From contig CBDFLL010000005.1 of assembly GCA_965249205.1 (NCBI GenBank), positions 1,027,045 to 1,091,044 of the forward strand: a stretch of 64,000 bases of DNA. Direction: 5' to 3'. The stretch is from Vicinamibacterales bacterium. Its GTDB lineage: Bacteria; Acidobacteriota; Vicinamibacteria; Vicinamibacterales; UBA2999. Of the stretch, positions 10,028 to 18,913 are shown piece by piece. Position 1 is the stretch's first letter. Each line of letters opens with the position of its first letter. The notes below the pieces were generated by a model, which worked only from the letters and a program-made list of their open reading frames with translations, was not told the origin of the DNA and ran no database searches. Both the position numbers and the translations under genes were made by a program.

Positions 10028-11050
10028 CTACTGGGGCGGCAGTGAGCCGAGATATGAGGAAATCGCGATGATGTCATCGTCCGTCAGATTGGCGACGACA
10101 CGCTTCATCAACTCCGCAGCCTTCCCCGCGCTCGAGCCATATCGCATAAGGAAGAGCTGTCGCGCGACATACCGCGGTTGCAGTCCAGCGAGCCGCGGGA
10201 CTTCGCCCAGGCCTAACTGTGCCTCGCCGTGACACAGCGCGCATTGCACCGTCTTGCCGGATGTGTCGCCTTCGACCAACGCCTCGCCTCTGGCGATACT
10301 GCCGGGTGGCACGTACGCGATAAACCCGGCACGCGGGTCCCGGATTGCGGTGCCGAACGGATCCGCAGGGATTTGAAGAATACGGCGTCCAATCGGCTCG
10401 GTGCCTCCGTCCGGATCGAGCTGACGATGACGGCCCTGGGTGCCGATGAACGTCTTCGGCGGCGTGGCGGTCTCGATGACCTCCACAAATTTCGTCGGTG
10501 TCAAAGCGGCGAAATACTCGGCGGCCTCCCGAACGTCCTCGTCCGACGTGAGCTGCGCGATGCGGCCCATGCGGTGCTCTTCCTTGCGCGTACCCGCCTT
10601 GTAGTACGCCATCTGCCGGATAAAGTACTCGACCGGCAAACCGGCGAGGTCGGCGGATTCCGGATGGCCCTGGCCGGACATCAGATGGCACGCGCCGCAC
10701 GCGAATCGGATCCCCGGACCGCCTGTTACCGATCGTGGCGCGGGCGGGTGTTCGTCGGGAAACCAGTCAGGCGGAGTCAAGCTCCCGGCGATCTCGGCAG
10801 CGTCGTACTCTATCGCACTGCCGGGCACCCGCACGATGCCTTCCGGCCGCATGGGACCGTACGCGGCGTTCTCGTCGGGGATGTTGAACGCCCACTCTGG
10901 GAGTCCTTCTGGGTGTGTGAGCGCCGTCTGCGCGCTGGGTTCCTGCGCGACCAGGAGCGAAGCGAGGGCGCACACGAGGACGGCGATGCGGGAGGGTGTG
11001 CTCGTTCGAAGGATTCGGCGGATCATGGCGACTCCCTCTCCCATTCTCAA
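10028..11050 (-). CDS. Di-haem cytochrome c (secreted)
   Basis: N-terminal signal peptide followed by two CxxCH haem-binding motifs (CGACH and CALCH), each with downstream Met-containing segments. Confidence 0.75.
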   Translation of the reverse strand: MRMGEGVAMIRRILRTSTPSRIAVLVCALASLLVAQEPSAQTALTHPEGLPEWAFNIPDENAAYGPMRPEGIVRVPGSAIEYDAAEIAGSLTPPDWFPDEHPPAPRSVTGGPGIRFACGACHLMSGQGHPESADLAGLPVEYFIRQMAYYKAGTRKEEHRMGRIAQLTSDEDVREAAEYFAALTPTKFVEVIETATPPKTFIGTQGRHRQLDPDGGTEPIGRRILQIPADPFGTAIRDPRAGFIAYVPPGSIARGEALVEGDTSGKTVQCALCHGEAQLGLGEVPRLAGLQPRYVARQLFLMRYGSSAGKAAELMKRVVANLTDDDIIAISSYLGSLPPQ

Positions 11051-11579
11051 TAAACGTCGACCATAAATTACCCTGGTAAGCGTGACGAAGTCTACCAGAT
11101 GGGACCGAAAGGCTGGCTATATTGGAACTGCTAATTCAGGTGTCAGATAACAGCCTACGAGTTCGATGGCGTAGAACGGCGAGCCCGAGTCAGAAGCGGC
11201 GTCCCCACCGGGATTCGATACCTTGCGTAACTCCGTTATCGCGGTCGGGTTCGACTTCTCGGGCTCGGTGCGACTCGCCTCCTGAGTCGGCTGCTTAGTT
11301 CTTCGGCACCAGCCGCCGAATCCTCAAGTGTGTTCGTGGCGTCCTAAGTTGTTGCGCTAAGAAAACTTGTGCGATGACCTCGCCACAGGCGTCTTGCAAA
11401 TCAGGAGAGTCAAAGGGCCGACAGATACGTGTGGCTGGCAGTGCCGGCCTACTGGTTCTGGGTGTAGATATTCACCTGGACTTGCACCGGCCGACCCGCG
11501 GCCATCCCTCGATGCTACGCGTTGAGAGAGTAGCGAGAGAGGCCCTGGGCCCCTCTCGCCTGTGTGCCGGCCATCTCGC

Positions 11580-12573
11580 CTATTTCCCGCTCTTTCCAGA
11601 CTTCTCGCTTTTCGCGCTTTTCTTACTCTTTTGGCTCTTTGCTGCGAAGGCCGGCGTGGCGGTGGCGGTCGCCGCGTTGCCCGAACCGTCCACGCACGTG
11701 ACCGTCAGCTCGAACGCCGGTCCGTCGAGACTGAGGATGGCGTCACCCTTCTCACTCTTGCCACTCTTGCCACTCTTGCCGCTCTTGCCGCTCTTGGCCT
11801 TCTTGACCTGGAGTTCCACGATCTGCCCGTTGGTGACCTCCACGCCGTTCAACGTCGCGGTCGTGATCGCGGGGTCGCTGTCGCAGGCGTCCGTACAGCT
11901 GAACTGCACCTCGAACGTCCCCTTGTTCTTCTTGACGTCGATGGGCACGAGTGCGGCTGTGACCACGGGCGGCGTCGTATCGACCACGGTCACGCTGACC
12001 GTGTCGCTGTCGGTGCCGCCCTTGCCGTCGTCCACCGTCAGCGTGAACTCGTGCGCGCCGAGTGGCAAGATCGGGTTGATGACCGCGCCGCCGAGCGACC
12101 CGGGTTCCCACGTGTAGGTCAGCGCGTCGCCGTCAGGGTCACTCGACCCGGACCCATCGAGCGTCACCGCGGCACAGCCGGCCTTGGGCCCGCCGCACTC
12201 GACCGCCGGTTGATCCGGACCCGCGTCTGCGATCGGCGCCTGATTCGAGGGCGTGAGCTTGAACACATATGCCGCGCCGGCGTTTGCCGCGCTGTTGTCG
12301 GTGTCGTCTCCATTGACCCCTGTCGCGCTGCTGTCCTCGCGCGACCCGACCACCACCGTGTCCCCCCGACACCGCGACACTGAAGCCGAAAAGGTCGAAA
12401 ACCCCGGTGTCGGACGGCTTCAGGTAATCCTGCTGGCTCCAGGTACTCCCGCTTCGCGTGAACACGTACGCCGCCCCGGCAGCATTCACGCTGTTGTCGG
12501 TCTCGTCCCCGCCGACGCCCGTCGCGTTGCTGCTTTCGAAGTACGCGCCGACGGCCACCGTGTCTCCCGACAC
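11580..12573 (-). pseudogene. FG-GAP repeat / PKD-domain surface protein with a C-terminal lysine-rich (KSGKSGK) tail; frameshifted near a C6 run (~12365-12372) and 5'-truncated by an IS481 insertion
   Basis: Two overlapping minus-strand ORFs (12139..12573 and 11580..12380) each carry FG-GAP-like repeats (VAVGAYFESSNATGVGGDETDNS...AAYVF). A PKD-like domain (DAGPDQPAVECGG...TLDGSGSSDPDGDALTYTW) and SGKSGKSGKSGKSEKG repeats follow. The frames join only with a 1-nt shift at gtgtccccccgacacc. The upstream coding region is replaced by IS481. Confidence 0.6.
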
Positions 12574-12646
12574 CGCAACGCTGATGCCGAGCCGATCGGA
12601 CGACTCGGCGTTGGACGCCTTGAGGTACGCCTGCTGGCTCCAGCTA

Positions 12647-13686
12647 GATGTCTTTGCTAAACACGTTGTTCATCCGGAGCACTCTGAAAAGAATGGAGTT
12701 TCCAGACCACCGTTCTGACCAGAGGAGGCCCCGGATGACGCTTCATCGTAATGCCAAGACGACCCCGACTTCGCGCCTGGAATTGGTGCGCCGTGTCCTG
12801 TTCGATGAGTGGGCGCACGACGCCGTGGCCGAGGGCTACGGCGTAAGTGTCCGCACGGTTGCGAAATGGGTGCGCCGGTTCCGCGAAGAGGGTGCAGCCG
12901 GGCTGGAGGACCGATCGTCCCGGCCGCAGCGGACTCCGCATGTCACGCCGGCGATCCGGGTCACGTTCATCCGGCAGCTCCGCGAGCAACACGGCCTGCC
13001 GGCCTGGGCCATTGCCCGCGCCTTGCGGATGCCCCGCTCGACGGTGGGGGCCTGGCTGCGGCGGCTGGGACTCAACCGGCTCCCAGGCCCGCCGCCCGTC
13101 CCGATCCAGCGCTACGAGTGGCCGCACCCTGGCGATCTGCTACACGTGGACATCAAGCCGCTGGGGCGCTTTCGGCGTGTAGGCCATCGGATTCATGGGA
13201 ATCCCCGGCAGGCGTCACCGGGGGCGGGCTGGGAGTACGTGCATGTGGCGGTGGACGACCATACGCGGCTGGCCTACGTCGAGGTCCTGGGCGACCAGAC
13301 GGGGACCACCTGTGCCGCTTTCTTGGACCGAGCCGTCGCTTGGTACGCGGCGCGGCAGATCACCGTCCATCGCGTCATGAGCGATAACGGCAGCGGCTAC
13401 GTGTCCCGGCGGTTTCGGACAGCCTGTCAGGCCCACGCGCTGCGCCATCTGCGGACGCGCCCCTATACGCCGCGGACCAACGGCAAGGCTGAGCGCTTCA
13501 TTCAGACGCTGCTGCGTGAGTGGGCCTATGTCCAGCCGTATCAGACGTCTCGCCACCGCCGGCGAGCCCTTCGCCCGTGGCTGCGCTACTACAATCACGA
13601 CCGGCCGCACGCCAGCTTGCACTATGAACCGCCCGTGTCACGACTCACGAGTGCTGCGTGATGAACAACGTGTTTGACTTCAACAC
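12647..13686 (+). mobile_element. IS481-family insertion sequence (~1040 bp) with ~16-bp terminal inverted repeats (AAACACGTTGTTCATC); inserted at a CTAG site
   Basis: Left end tgtctttgctAAACACGTTGTTCATC, right end GATGAACAACGTGTTTgacttcaacac. CTAG occurs on both flanks (12641-12644 and 13687-13690). Confidence 0.75.
12735..13661 (+). CDS. IS481-family transposase (integrase-core DDE); the ORF may start at 12648
   Basis: N-terminal HTH, catalytic core HVDIKPLGRF...GWEYVHVAVDDHTRLAYVEVL...SDNGSGYVSRRF and C-terminal NHDRPHASL are typical of IS481/rve-type transposases. Confidence 0.85.
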   Translation: MTLHRNAKTTPTSRLELVRRVLFDEWAHDAVAEGYGVSVRTVAKWVRRFREEGAAGLEDRSSRPQRTPHVTPAIRVTFIRQLREQHGLPAWAIARALRMPRSTVGAWLRRLGLNRLPGPPPVPIQRYEWPHPGDLLHVDIKPLGRFRRVGHRIHGNPRQASPGAGWEYVHVAVDDHTRLAYVEVLGDQTGTTCAAFLDRAVAWYAARQITVHRVMSDNGSGYVSRRFRTACQAHALRHLRTRPYTPRTNGKAERFIQTLLREWAYVQPYQTSRHRRRALRPWLRYYNHDRPHASLHYEPPVSRLTSAA

Positions 13687-13690
13687 CTAG

Positions 13691-14985
13691 CAGGCTGCTG
13701 AAGAACCCGGGTGATCGGGCCGTTTTCTAAGGATCATGCGAGTCACCACCGACCGACAACGGTGCGCACGGCTGTGCGCTGGCCCCGATCAAGGGGCCGG
13801 CGACACGCGCGGCCGGTGATCAGGGACACCTCGCCTCCAGATTCCGCAGCCGGACCAAGTTATAGACCGTGGCGGCGAAGGTAAGCTGCCAATCCACGAG
13901 GGCGACACCGCGATGCCGGAGTTTGCGCAAGCCGCCGACGGTCTTCATCCAGCCAAAGACCTGTTCTACGAGTTTCCGTTTCCGCTGACTGACGTGATAG
14001 CCCGCATGCCGCGTGGTCCGGCCATCGATCGCACTCCAGCGGACCTTCTGAGCAACGTGGGGCGTGACGGCCCGGATACGGACAGCGGCCACAAAGCTTG
14101 CCACATCGTAGCCCTTGTCCGCCCCGACCGTGCTGCCCGGCGGCGCGCTGGCCTCCAGCAACAGCGCCGCTGCCTCGCGTTCGGCGGTCCCCGTCGCGTG
14201 AGTCGCGCAGACGTTGGCGACAAGTCCCTGTCGATTGTCCAGCAGCACGTGGCCCAGATACGCCAGCTTGGCTTCCTTCCCCTGGCCCTTCCGAGGCAGC
14301 ATCGCCTCCGGATCGGTCGTCGACTGGTGCGTGTCGTTGCGCCGCCGCTCCCCGTGGAAGTTGACCGTGGGATTCCCGGGGTCATCGGGCGGGTCGCTCT
14401 CCGCCGCGTCCCGGCACCGAAAGCTCTTCAGGCTGGCCCACGCTTCCAATTGGGTCCCATCCACAGTGAAGTGTTCGTCCGAGAGCAGCCCGGCCGCCCG
14501 CGCGTGGGCCTGCACCGCATCAAAGAAGGCGGCCGCGAGATCGCCCGCCAGCAGCCGGTCGCGATTCTTGGTAAACGTGGTGGGATGCCAAACCGGGTCG
14601 TCCAAATTCAAGCCCACGAACCAGCGGAACAGCAGGTTGTAATTGAGCTCTTCCATCAGCAGCCGCTCGCTCCGCACCGTGTAGAGCACCTGCAGCAATA
14701 ACGCGCGCAGCAGCTGTTCCGGCGGGATCGACGGACGCCCTGTGTTGGCGTACAGGCCGGCGAACCTGCGCGACATCGTTCTCAGCGCTTCGTCCGTCAG
14801 CGCGCGAACCGCGCGGAGCGGATGGTCGGCTGGCACGCGCTGTTCCGGCGACAGGTAGCTGAACATGTGAGTGCTTTGCTCATCGTGTCCGCGCATGATG
14901 GGGCTCCCTTCAGCGGTGTTGGGAGCATGGTAGTACGCCGGGATCGATCTGTCGATCCCATTTCACGGAGTTTTTCAGCAGCCTG
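13691..14985 (-). mobile_element. IS5-family insertion sequence copy 2 (1295 bp), intact; CTAG 4-bp duplications; inserted into the right CTAG duplication of the IS481 element
   Basis: Termini CAGGCTGCTGAAGAACCCGGG...CACGGAGTTTTTCAGCAGCCTG. CTAG at 13687-13690 and 14986-14989. Confidence 0.9.
13820..14896 (-). CDS. IS5-family DDE transposase (358 aa)
   Basis: Full-length ORF identical to the copies at 38103..39179 and 59868..60944. YTAR-type target and 4-bp duplication fit the IS5 group. Confidence 0.9.
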   Translation of the reverse strand: MRGHDEQSTHMFSYLSPEQRVPADHPLRAVRALTDEALRTMSRRFAGLYANTGRPSIPPEQLLRALLLQVLYTVRSERLLMEELNYNLLFRWFVGLNLDDPVWHPTTFTKNRDRLLAGDLAAAFFDAVQAHARAAGLLSDEHFTVDGTQLEAWASLKSFRCRDAAESDPPDDPGNPTVNFHGERRRNDTHQSTTDPEAMLPRKGQGKEAKLAYLGHVLLDNRQGLVANVCATHATGTAEREAAALLLEASAPPGSTVGADKGYDVASFVAAVRIRAVTPHVAQKVRWSAIDGRTTRHAGYHVSQRKRKLVEQVFGWMKTVGGLRKLRHRGVALVDWQLTFAATVYNLVRLRNLEARCP

Positions 14986-15031
14986 CTAGAGCCGCTGTCG
15001 AGGCAGAGGTGACAGTCTGACGGCCGCGCGA

Positions 15032-15456
15032 TCAGGCAACGTGGGCCACGGAGGTTCGGAGGTGGTATCCGAGCATCCCAAGCGCTTGTTCAACTTGGTC
15101 GATATGCGAACGATGCTGGAGATCGAGCAGGCGATGCACGACCGTGTCGGTCACGCCCAGCGTTCGCGCCAGTGCAACCTTGGTCATGCGGCGAGCCAAC
15201 ATCGCATTGTGGAGCGCCACTTTCGCCGTGATGAGCGGCGACAACGTGACCGTGGGCTGGCGGCGGCCGGGGCGCGTCGGTACCGGGATCGGCTCGCGAT
15301 CCCGGATGTAGCTTCGGAGCGCGAGCAGGAGGACCGCCTCGGCTTCCTCTAAGGCCTGTGTGTCAGTCTCGCCGAACGTCAGCGCCGGCACATCGACAAA
15401 TTGGGCGATGACCCGAGGGCCGTCTGGGATGAGTTCCACCGGATACCGAAATTCCA
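15032..15456 (-). CDS. hicB: HicB-family antitoxin (type II toxin-antitoxin) with C-terminal HTH
   Basis: MEFRYPVELIPDGPRVIAQFVDVPALTFGETDTQALEEAEAVLLLAL... (RNase-H-like HicB fold) followed by an XRE-like HTH (MTKVALARTLGVTDTVVHRLL). The start overlaps the hicA stop. Confidence 0.8.
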
Positions 15457-15458
15457 TG

Positions 15459-15656
15459 TCACAGCTCCCCAGGATCGAGGCCAAGCTGGCGACAGACGAG
15501 CTTGACGTACTGATTTGAGAGATCGGTCGCTCCGTGCATTTTGACGAACGTTTTGCGACCGCGATACGTCACTTCCACGTGCCCACCCTTGCCACGACTC
15601 ACATTCGTCGTGACGCCATGGGCTCTGAGTTTCTTAAGGAATTGGCGACCCTTCAC
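15459..15656 (-). CDS. hicA: HicA-family mRNA interferase toxin
   Basis: 65 aa. MKGRQFLKKLRAHGVTTNVSRGKGGHVEVTYRGRKTFVKMHG matches the HicA/YcfA dsRBD-like toxin family. Immediately upstream of hicB. Confidence 0.8.
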   Translation of the reverse strand: MKGRQFLKKLRAHGVTTNVSRGKGGHVEVTYRGRKTFVKMHGATDLSNQYVKLVCRQLGLDPGEL

Positions 15657-15705
15657 TGCTTATTGTCACACATATCTGTTTGATTGTCAAGGTCTAGCCA
15701 TGATG

Positions 15706-15740
15706 CGCGCGGGGGCAACAGATTCGAACTGACCCACTAC
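15706..15740 (-). other. tRNA 3'-end-like fragment (T-arm plus acceptor 3' strand) without a matching 5' half; candidate prophage attR remnant
   Basis: Minus-strand sequence GGGTCAGTTCGAATCTGTTGCCCCCGCGCGCA contains a canonical T-loop GTTCGAATC. No D-arm, anticodon arm or complementary acceptor 5' strand could be found upstream. Confidence 0.25.
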
Positions 15741-16266
15741 CCAGAAGACGTGTACTCGCCCGATGGCGAAAGAATCAATAAGATCCGTTCGTGCTCCCCC
15801 GCCGCCGACCTGAACCGCTTCTACCAGAAGACCCCAACGCCAACCATCCTCACCCCTGAACAGGGACACGCGGTCGGCCTCGTGTCCCACATCCAGCAGC
15901 TTGGGCCGGCTGCACATACAACAATGTGGACCGTCAACTGGACATCGTTCGCTTCCGTTCGCGGTCGCCGTTGGATGGCCTGACGCCGTTGGGGCGTACC
16001 AGGGCGCCGCCATGTTTTCCTGATCCGGTCTTAGCGTCCCCACATCACCACCAGGCCAACCGCGAGCGCCGGCGAGAGACGGCCGCCGCCGAGCGGATTA
16101 ACCCCCGCCGCCGCGCCCCTGGTGCCGCCGACTACCCCGTTCGGGCATGCGGAGTCCGCCTGCGTGGTAGTTGGTAGTGTCTCAATCTGAAATTGACGCT
16201 TTACCGGCCGGGAAGGGCGCCACCAGTGTGAACGTGGTGGCGGCGGCTCGGTGAACGCGACGCCTT

Positions 16267-16866
16267 TCACGCGGCCTTCCGATCGAGCGTCCTGACGCGA
16301 TGACCAACCGGCGCCGCCTGCGGCATGAACTGCTGCCGGTTGAGCATGCCTGAATGCCCGCCCGTGATGTTCGTGTTCCGGTCCGCCCACGGCATCGCGC
16401 GCATCGGGCGGCCGCGCTGCGCGAGGAACCGAATCCGCGAGCCCCACCCCTTCGAGAACAGATGCTCGTGATAGTCGCGGTTGTGCTTCCCGGCGTACCA
16501 CACCGGGTCGAGCCTGCGCTGCAGCGGCGTGTCGATCGTCACGACCGACCGCACCCGCTCGGTCTTTGGGTCCGCCAGGAGATACGCGACGACGGCCCCG
16601 CCCCATGAGTGCGCCCAGATGTTCCGGTCCTCGTAGGCGAGGGCGTTGAGGTGTTCCTGCAGCTGCTTCGCGCCGAACTGCCAGGCCAGATGTCCGCTCC
16701 CGGTAAAGAAGGTGCCGGCCAGGGCCGTGCTCCAGAACCCGAACGCTGAGCCGCACCACTCGAAGTCGTGATCTCGCATGAACAGTTCGAACAGCGAGCC
16801 CTGTCGATTCCAGGCATGCTCCTGCATCCCGGCATTCGTCCCGGCCACCGGGACATACCTGGTCAC
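16267..16866 (-). CDS. Alpha/beta-hydrolase-fold esterase/lipase-like protein (part of the prophage lysis cassette)
   Basis: 199 aa with an AHSWGG nucleophile-elbow (GxSxG-like) motif. Overlaps the TIGR02594 gene stop by 4 nt. Confidence 0.5.
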   Translation of the reverse strand: MTRYVPVAGTNAGMQEHAWNRQGSLFELFMRDHDFEWCGSAFGFWSTALAGTFFTGSGHLAWQFGAKQLQEHLNALAYEDRNIWAHSWGGAVVAYLLADPKTERVRSVVTIDTPLQRRLDPVWYAGKHNRDYHEHLFSKGWGSRIRFLAQRGRPMRAMPWADRNTNITGGHSGMLNRQQFMPQAAPVGHRVRTLDRKAA

Positions 16867-17321
16867 CTGAGTCTCCGTACACCGAGGACGCGGTCGGCAT
16901 CGAACGGGGCGACCGTGACCGCGTTGCCCTGATTCCCGGCCAGCACGAGCACCGTGCGCGTCGGCGCGTCGTAGCCAGCAAACACGCCGACATGGCCGGG
17001 TGCACCAGACGTGACCTCGGGTCCAGGCTGGTTGCCACCACCGCGCTTGAGAATCACCACATCATTTTGCGGGCGCGCCTCGGTAAGGGTCACGGGACGC
17101 CCGACGGTGAGCCACGACCGCGCGGCCGCGGACTTCGAACGCGGGAGCCGGAGGAGCCAGGCCATCCGATTCACGAAGGCGCTGCACCAGGGAGTCTCGT
17201 CTGGCGTGTCGGACCCATACCCGCAGCACTCGAAACACCACTGAATAAATGGGGCATGCTGGTCGCCGCGCAGTTCCTGCACTTCCCCGACGAACCGCTG
17301 CGCCTGATCGAACAATGTCAT
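16863..17321 (-). CDS. TIGR02594-family phage-associated cell-wall peptidase (CHAP/NlpC-like endolysin candidate)
   Basis: PWCSAFVNRMAWLL...VVILKRGGG...GHVGVFAGYD...VLAGNQGNAVTVAPF...VLGVRRL matches the conserved pattern of the TIGR02594 family, which is commonly encoded beside phage holins and tail genes. Confidence 0.55.
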   Translation of the reverse strand: MTLFDQAQRFVGEVQELRGDQHAPFIQWCFECCGYGSDTPDETPWCSAFVNRMAWLLRLPRSKSAAARSWLTVGRPVTLTEARPQNDVVILKRGGGNQPGPEVTSGAPGHVGVFAGYDAPTRTVLVLAGNQGNAVTVAPFDADRVLGVRRLR

Positions 17322-17334
17322 ACGCCTGCCCTCC

Positions 17335-17700
17335 TTACCCAGTGGTCCTGAAGACCTTCCCTCGCACCTCTTTCACGCTTTCGGCGAGCGCCTCGACGTG
17401 TGCGACCAGACCGGCCACGTCGACCTGGACCTTGCTGATTTTGCTGTGCAACTCGTTGTCGGTCGCGCGCCGTGACGTCTGCTCGGCCTGGATCCGCTTG
17501 TCGGCGTTGTGCAGGCCATCAGCCAGTTCCTTGTACTTGTCGGCCAGCGCCTTGAACTTTTCGGCCGTGCGGCTGTCCTGGTCCTGGCGCTGCTGCGCGA
17601 ACTTCCCCTTCGCGAACACGTAGGTCACGATCGCCGACACGAGGAAGCCGAGCGCGTAGAGCAATCGGAGCCATTGATCGAGCGCCTCCGGATCCGGCAC
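17335..17700 (-). CDS. Membrane protein with C-terminal coiled coil (holin/spanin-like lysis accessory)
   Basis: N-terminal TM helix (LLYALGFLVSAIVTYVFA) then a charged coiled-coil. Lies between the endolysin candidate and the tail fibre genes. Confidence 0.35.
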   Translation of the reverse strand: MPDPEALDQWLRLLYALGFLVSAIVTYVFAKGKFAQQRQDQDSRTAEKFKALADKYKELADGLHNADKRIQAEQTSRRATDNELHSKISKVQVDVAGLVAHVEALAESVKEVRGKVFRTTG

Positions 17701-17830
17701 TACCGTTGCGCCTCAATGAACATGACGATGAGGGGCATTGCCACCCATGCTGCGACTAAGACCTTGACCGGCCACGACGTCTCCGCGTGGGCCCACTTCG
17801 CCACCGCGACCAGCGCCGAGAACCGAGCCC

Positions 17831-18031
17831 TCACGCCAGAATCTCCGCGATGCGGGCGTCGGCCGTGGCGTTGTCCGGCCAGATCGCCGGCGCCGTGTAG
17901 ACCGTGGCCGAGAGCTGCGCCAAGGTCTGCACGCTGTGGGTCACGAACCGCGTGACGCTGACGAGCATCATCCCGACCGCGAACACGATCGACAGCAGCG
18001 TCAGCACGTTCACCGTGGTGTACTCAAACAT
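17831..18031 (-). CDS. Small membrane protein (holin-like)
   Basis: 66 aa with one strong TM helix (VLTLLSIVFAVGMMLVSV). Position fits a lysis cassette. Confidence 0.3.
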   Translation of the reverse strand: MFEYTTVNVLTLLSIVFAVGMMLVSVTRFVTHSVQTLAQLSATVYTAPAIWPDNATADARIAEILA

Positions 18032-18148
18032 CGGGATCCGCTACCCGTCGTGTCATCGCGTGCCTCTCTCTTGCTGTTCGCGCCAGGTCGCCATCGTCAT
18101 GCGGCCTGCATCTTGATCACGCCGTCCGATCCGGTGGACGGCCCGTCG

Positions 18149-18913
18149 TTACGGTCGCCGCCCATCGCCACCGTTGCCGGTGTGTGCCGCCGTCGTGCCG
18201 TGGGCGCCAGCATCGCCGCCGGCCGCGAACGTGCCGCCGAAGATCGCACTGGGTTTCCCAACGCCACCCGCGCCGCCGGCTGATCCGTTCGCGCCGGCGC
18301 CGCCCGCGCCGCCGCCGCCGCCGCCCAGCTGACTCTCGTCTCCGCTTTCCGCCGTGCCGCCGGTATTTCCCCACGGGTCGCCGGTAGCGGTCGTCCCGGT
18401 GCCGCCGTTCCCGCCGACATCACCCGCCCCCCCACCGCCGCCACTGGCATCCGTCACCGACCCGCCACCCGGATTGGTAGCGCTTGCAGAGATATTCGGA
18501 CTGTCGGCGGCGCCACCACCGCCACCGCCGTTGCACGAGATCGAGATATTCGGGTACTCGGTGACACCGCCGGCCACCCCGCGGTCGCTGCCGACGCCGC
18601 CGGCGCCGATCTCGACCACGTTGGTCGGACCGCCCACCTGCACACCAGACGCCTCGGAGAACCCGCCGGCGCCGCCACCGCCACCGCCCATGTCGGTTGA
18701 GCTGAGGCCATCGCCGCCGTACCCGCCGCCGCCACCGGCCCCGACAAGGAGCACGTCCACGCGCCCGATCCGTGACCACGCGAAGTTATAGGTCCCCGCT
18801 GTCGTCAGCGTCAGGACGCCATCGGTGTCGAAGTTGTGGGTCCCGCTCGCCGCCCCGCTGTACGTCAGGACTAGCGGACCACCGAGCGCCCGCCGCTGGT
18901 GTCTCACGCTCAC
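18149..18913 (-). CDS. Glycine-rich phage tail fibre-like protein (probable GTG start ~18913)
   Basis: Long poly-Gly/Ala/Ser tracts (GGGGGYGGDGLSS, GGGGGAGGFSEASG, GGGGAGDVGGNGGTGTT) following a beta-rich N-terminal domain, typical of phage receptor-binding fibres. Confidence 0.45.
   Translation of the reverse strand: MSVRHQRRALGGPLVLTYSGAASGTHNFDTDGVLTLTTAGTYNFAWSRIGRVDVLLVGAGGGGGYGGDGLSSTDMGGGGGGAGGFSEASGVQVGGPTNVVEIGAGGVGSDRGVAGGVTEYPNISISCNGGGGGGAADSPNISASATNPGGGSVTDASGGGGGAGDVGGNGGTGTTATGDPWGNTGGTAESGDESQLGGGGGGAGGAGANGSAGGAGGVGKPSAIFGGTFAAGGDAGAHGTTAAHTGNGGDGRRP

Noticed and set aside
9879-10232. 117-aa plus-strand ORF
   Set aside because: Overlaps and is antisense to the di-haem cytochrome c gene, which has unambiguous CxxCH motifs.
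11374-12383. Plus-strand ORFs (247 and 273 aa) across the FG-GAP/PKD region
   Set aside because: Antisense to a gene with clear FG-GAP and PKD repeats. Their translations are low-complexity (poly-L/A, R-rich).
15700-15790. Possible complete tRNA gene on the minus strand
   Set aside because: Only the T-arm and acceptor 3' strand are recognisable. No D-arm, anticodon stem or complementary acceptor 5' strand. Kept only as a tRNA-fragment / att candidate.
16031-17041. 336-aa ORF on the minus strand overlapping the esterase and TIGR02594 genes
   Set aside because: Arg/Pro/Ala-rich, low-complexity translation typical of an out-of-frame reading of GC-rich coding DNA. The in-frame genes have recognisable domains.
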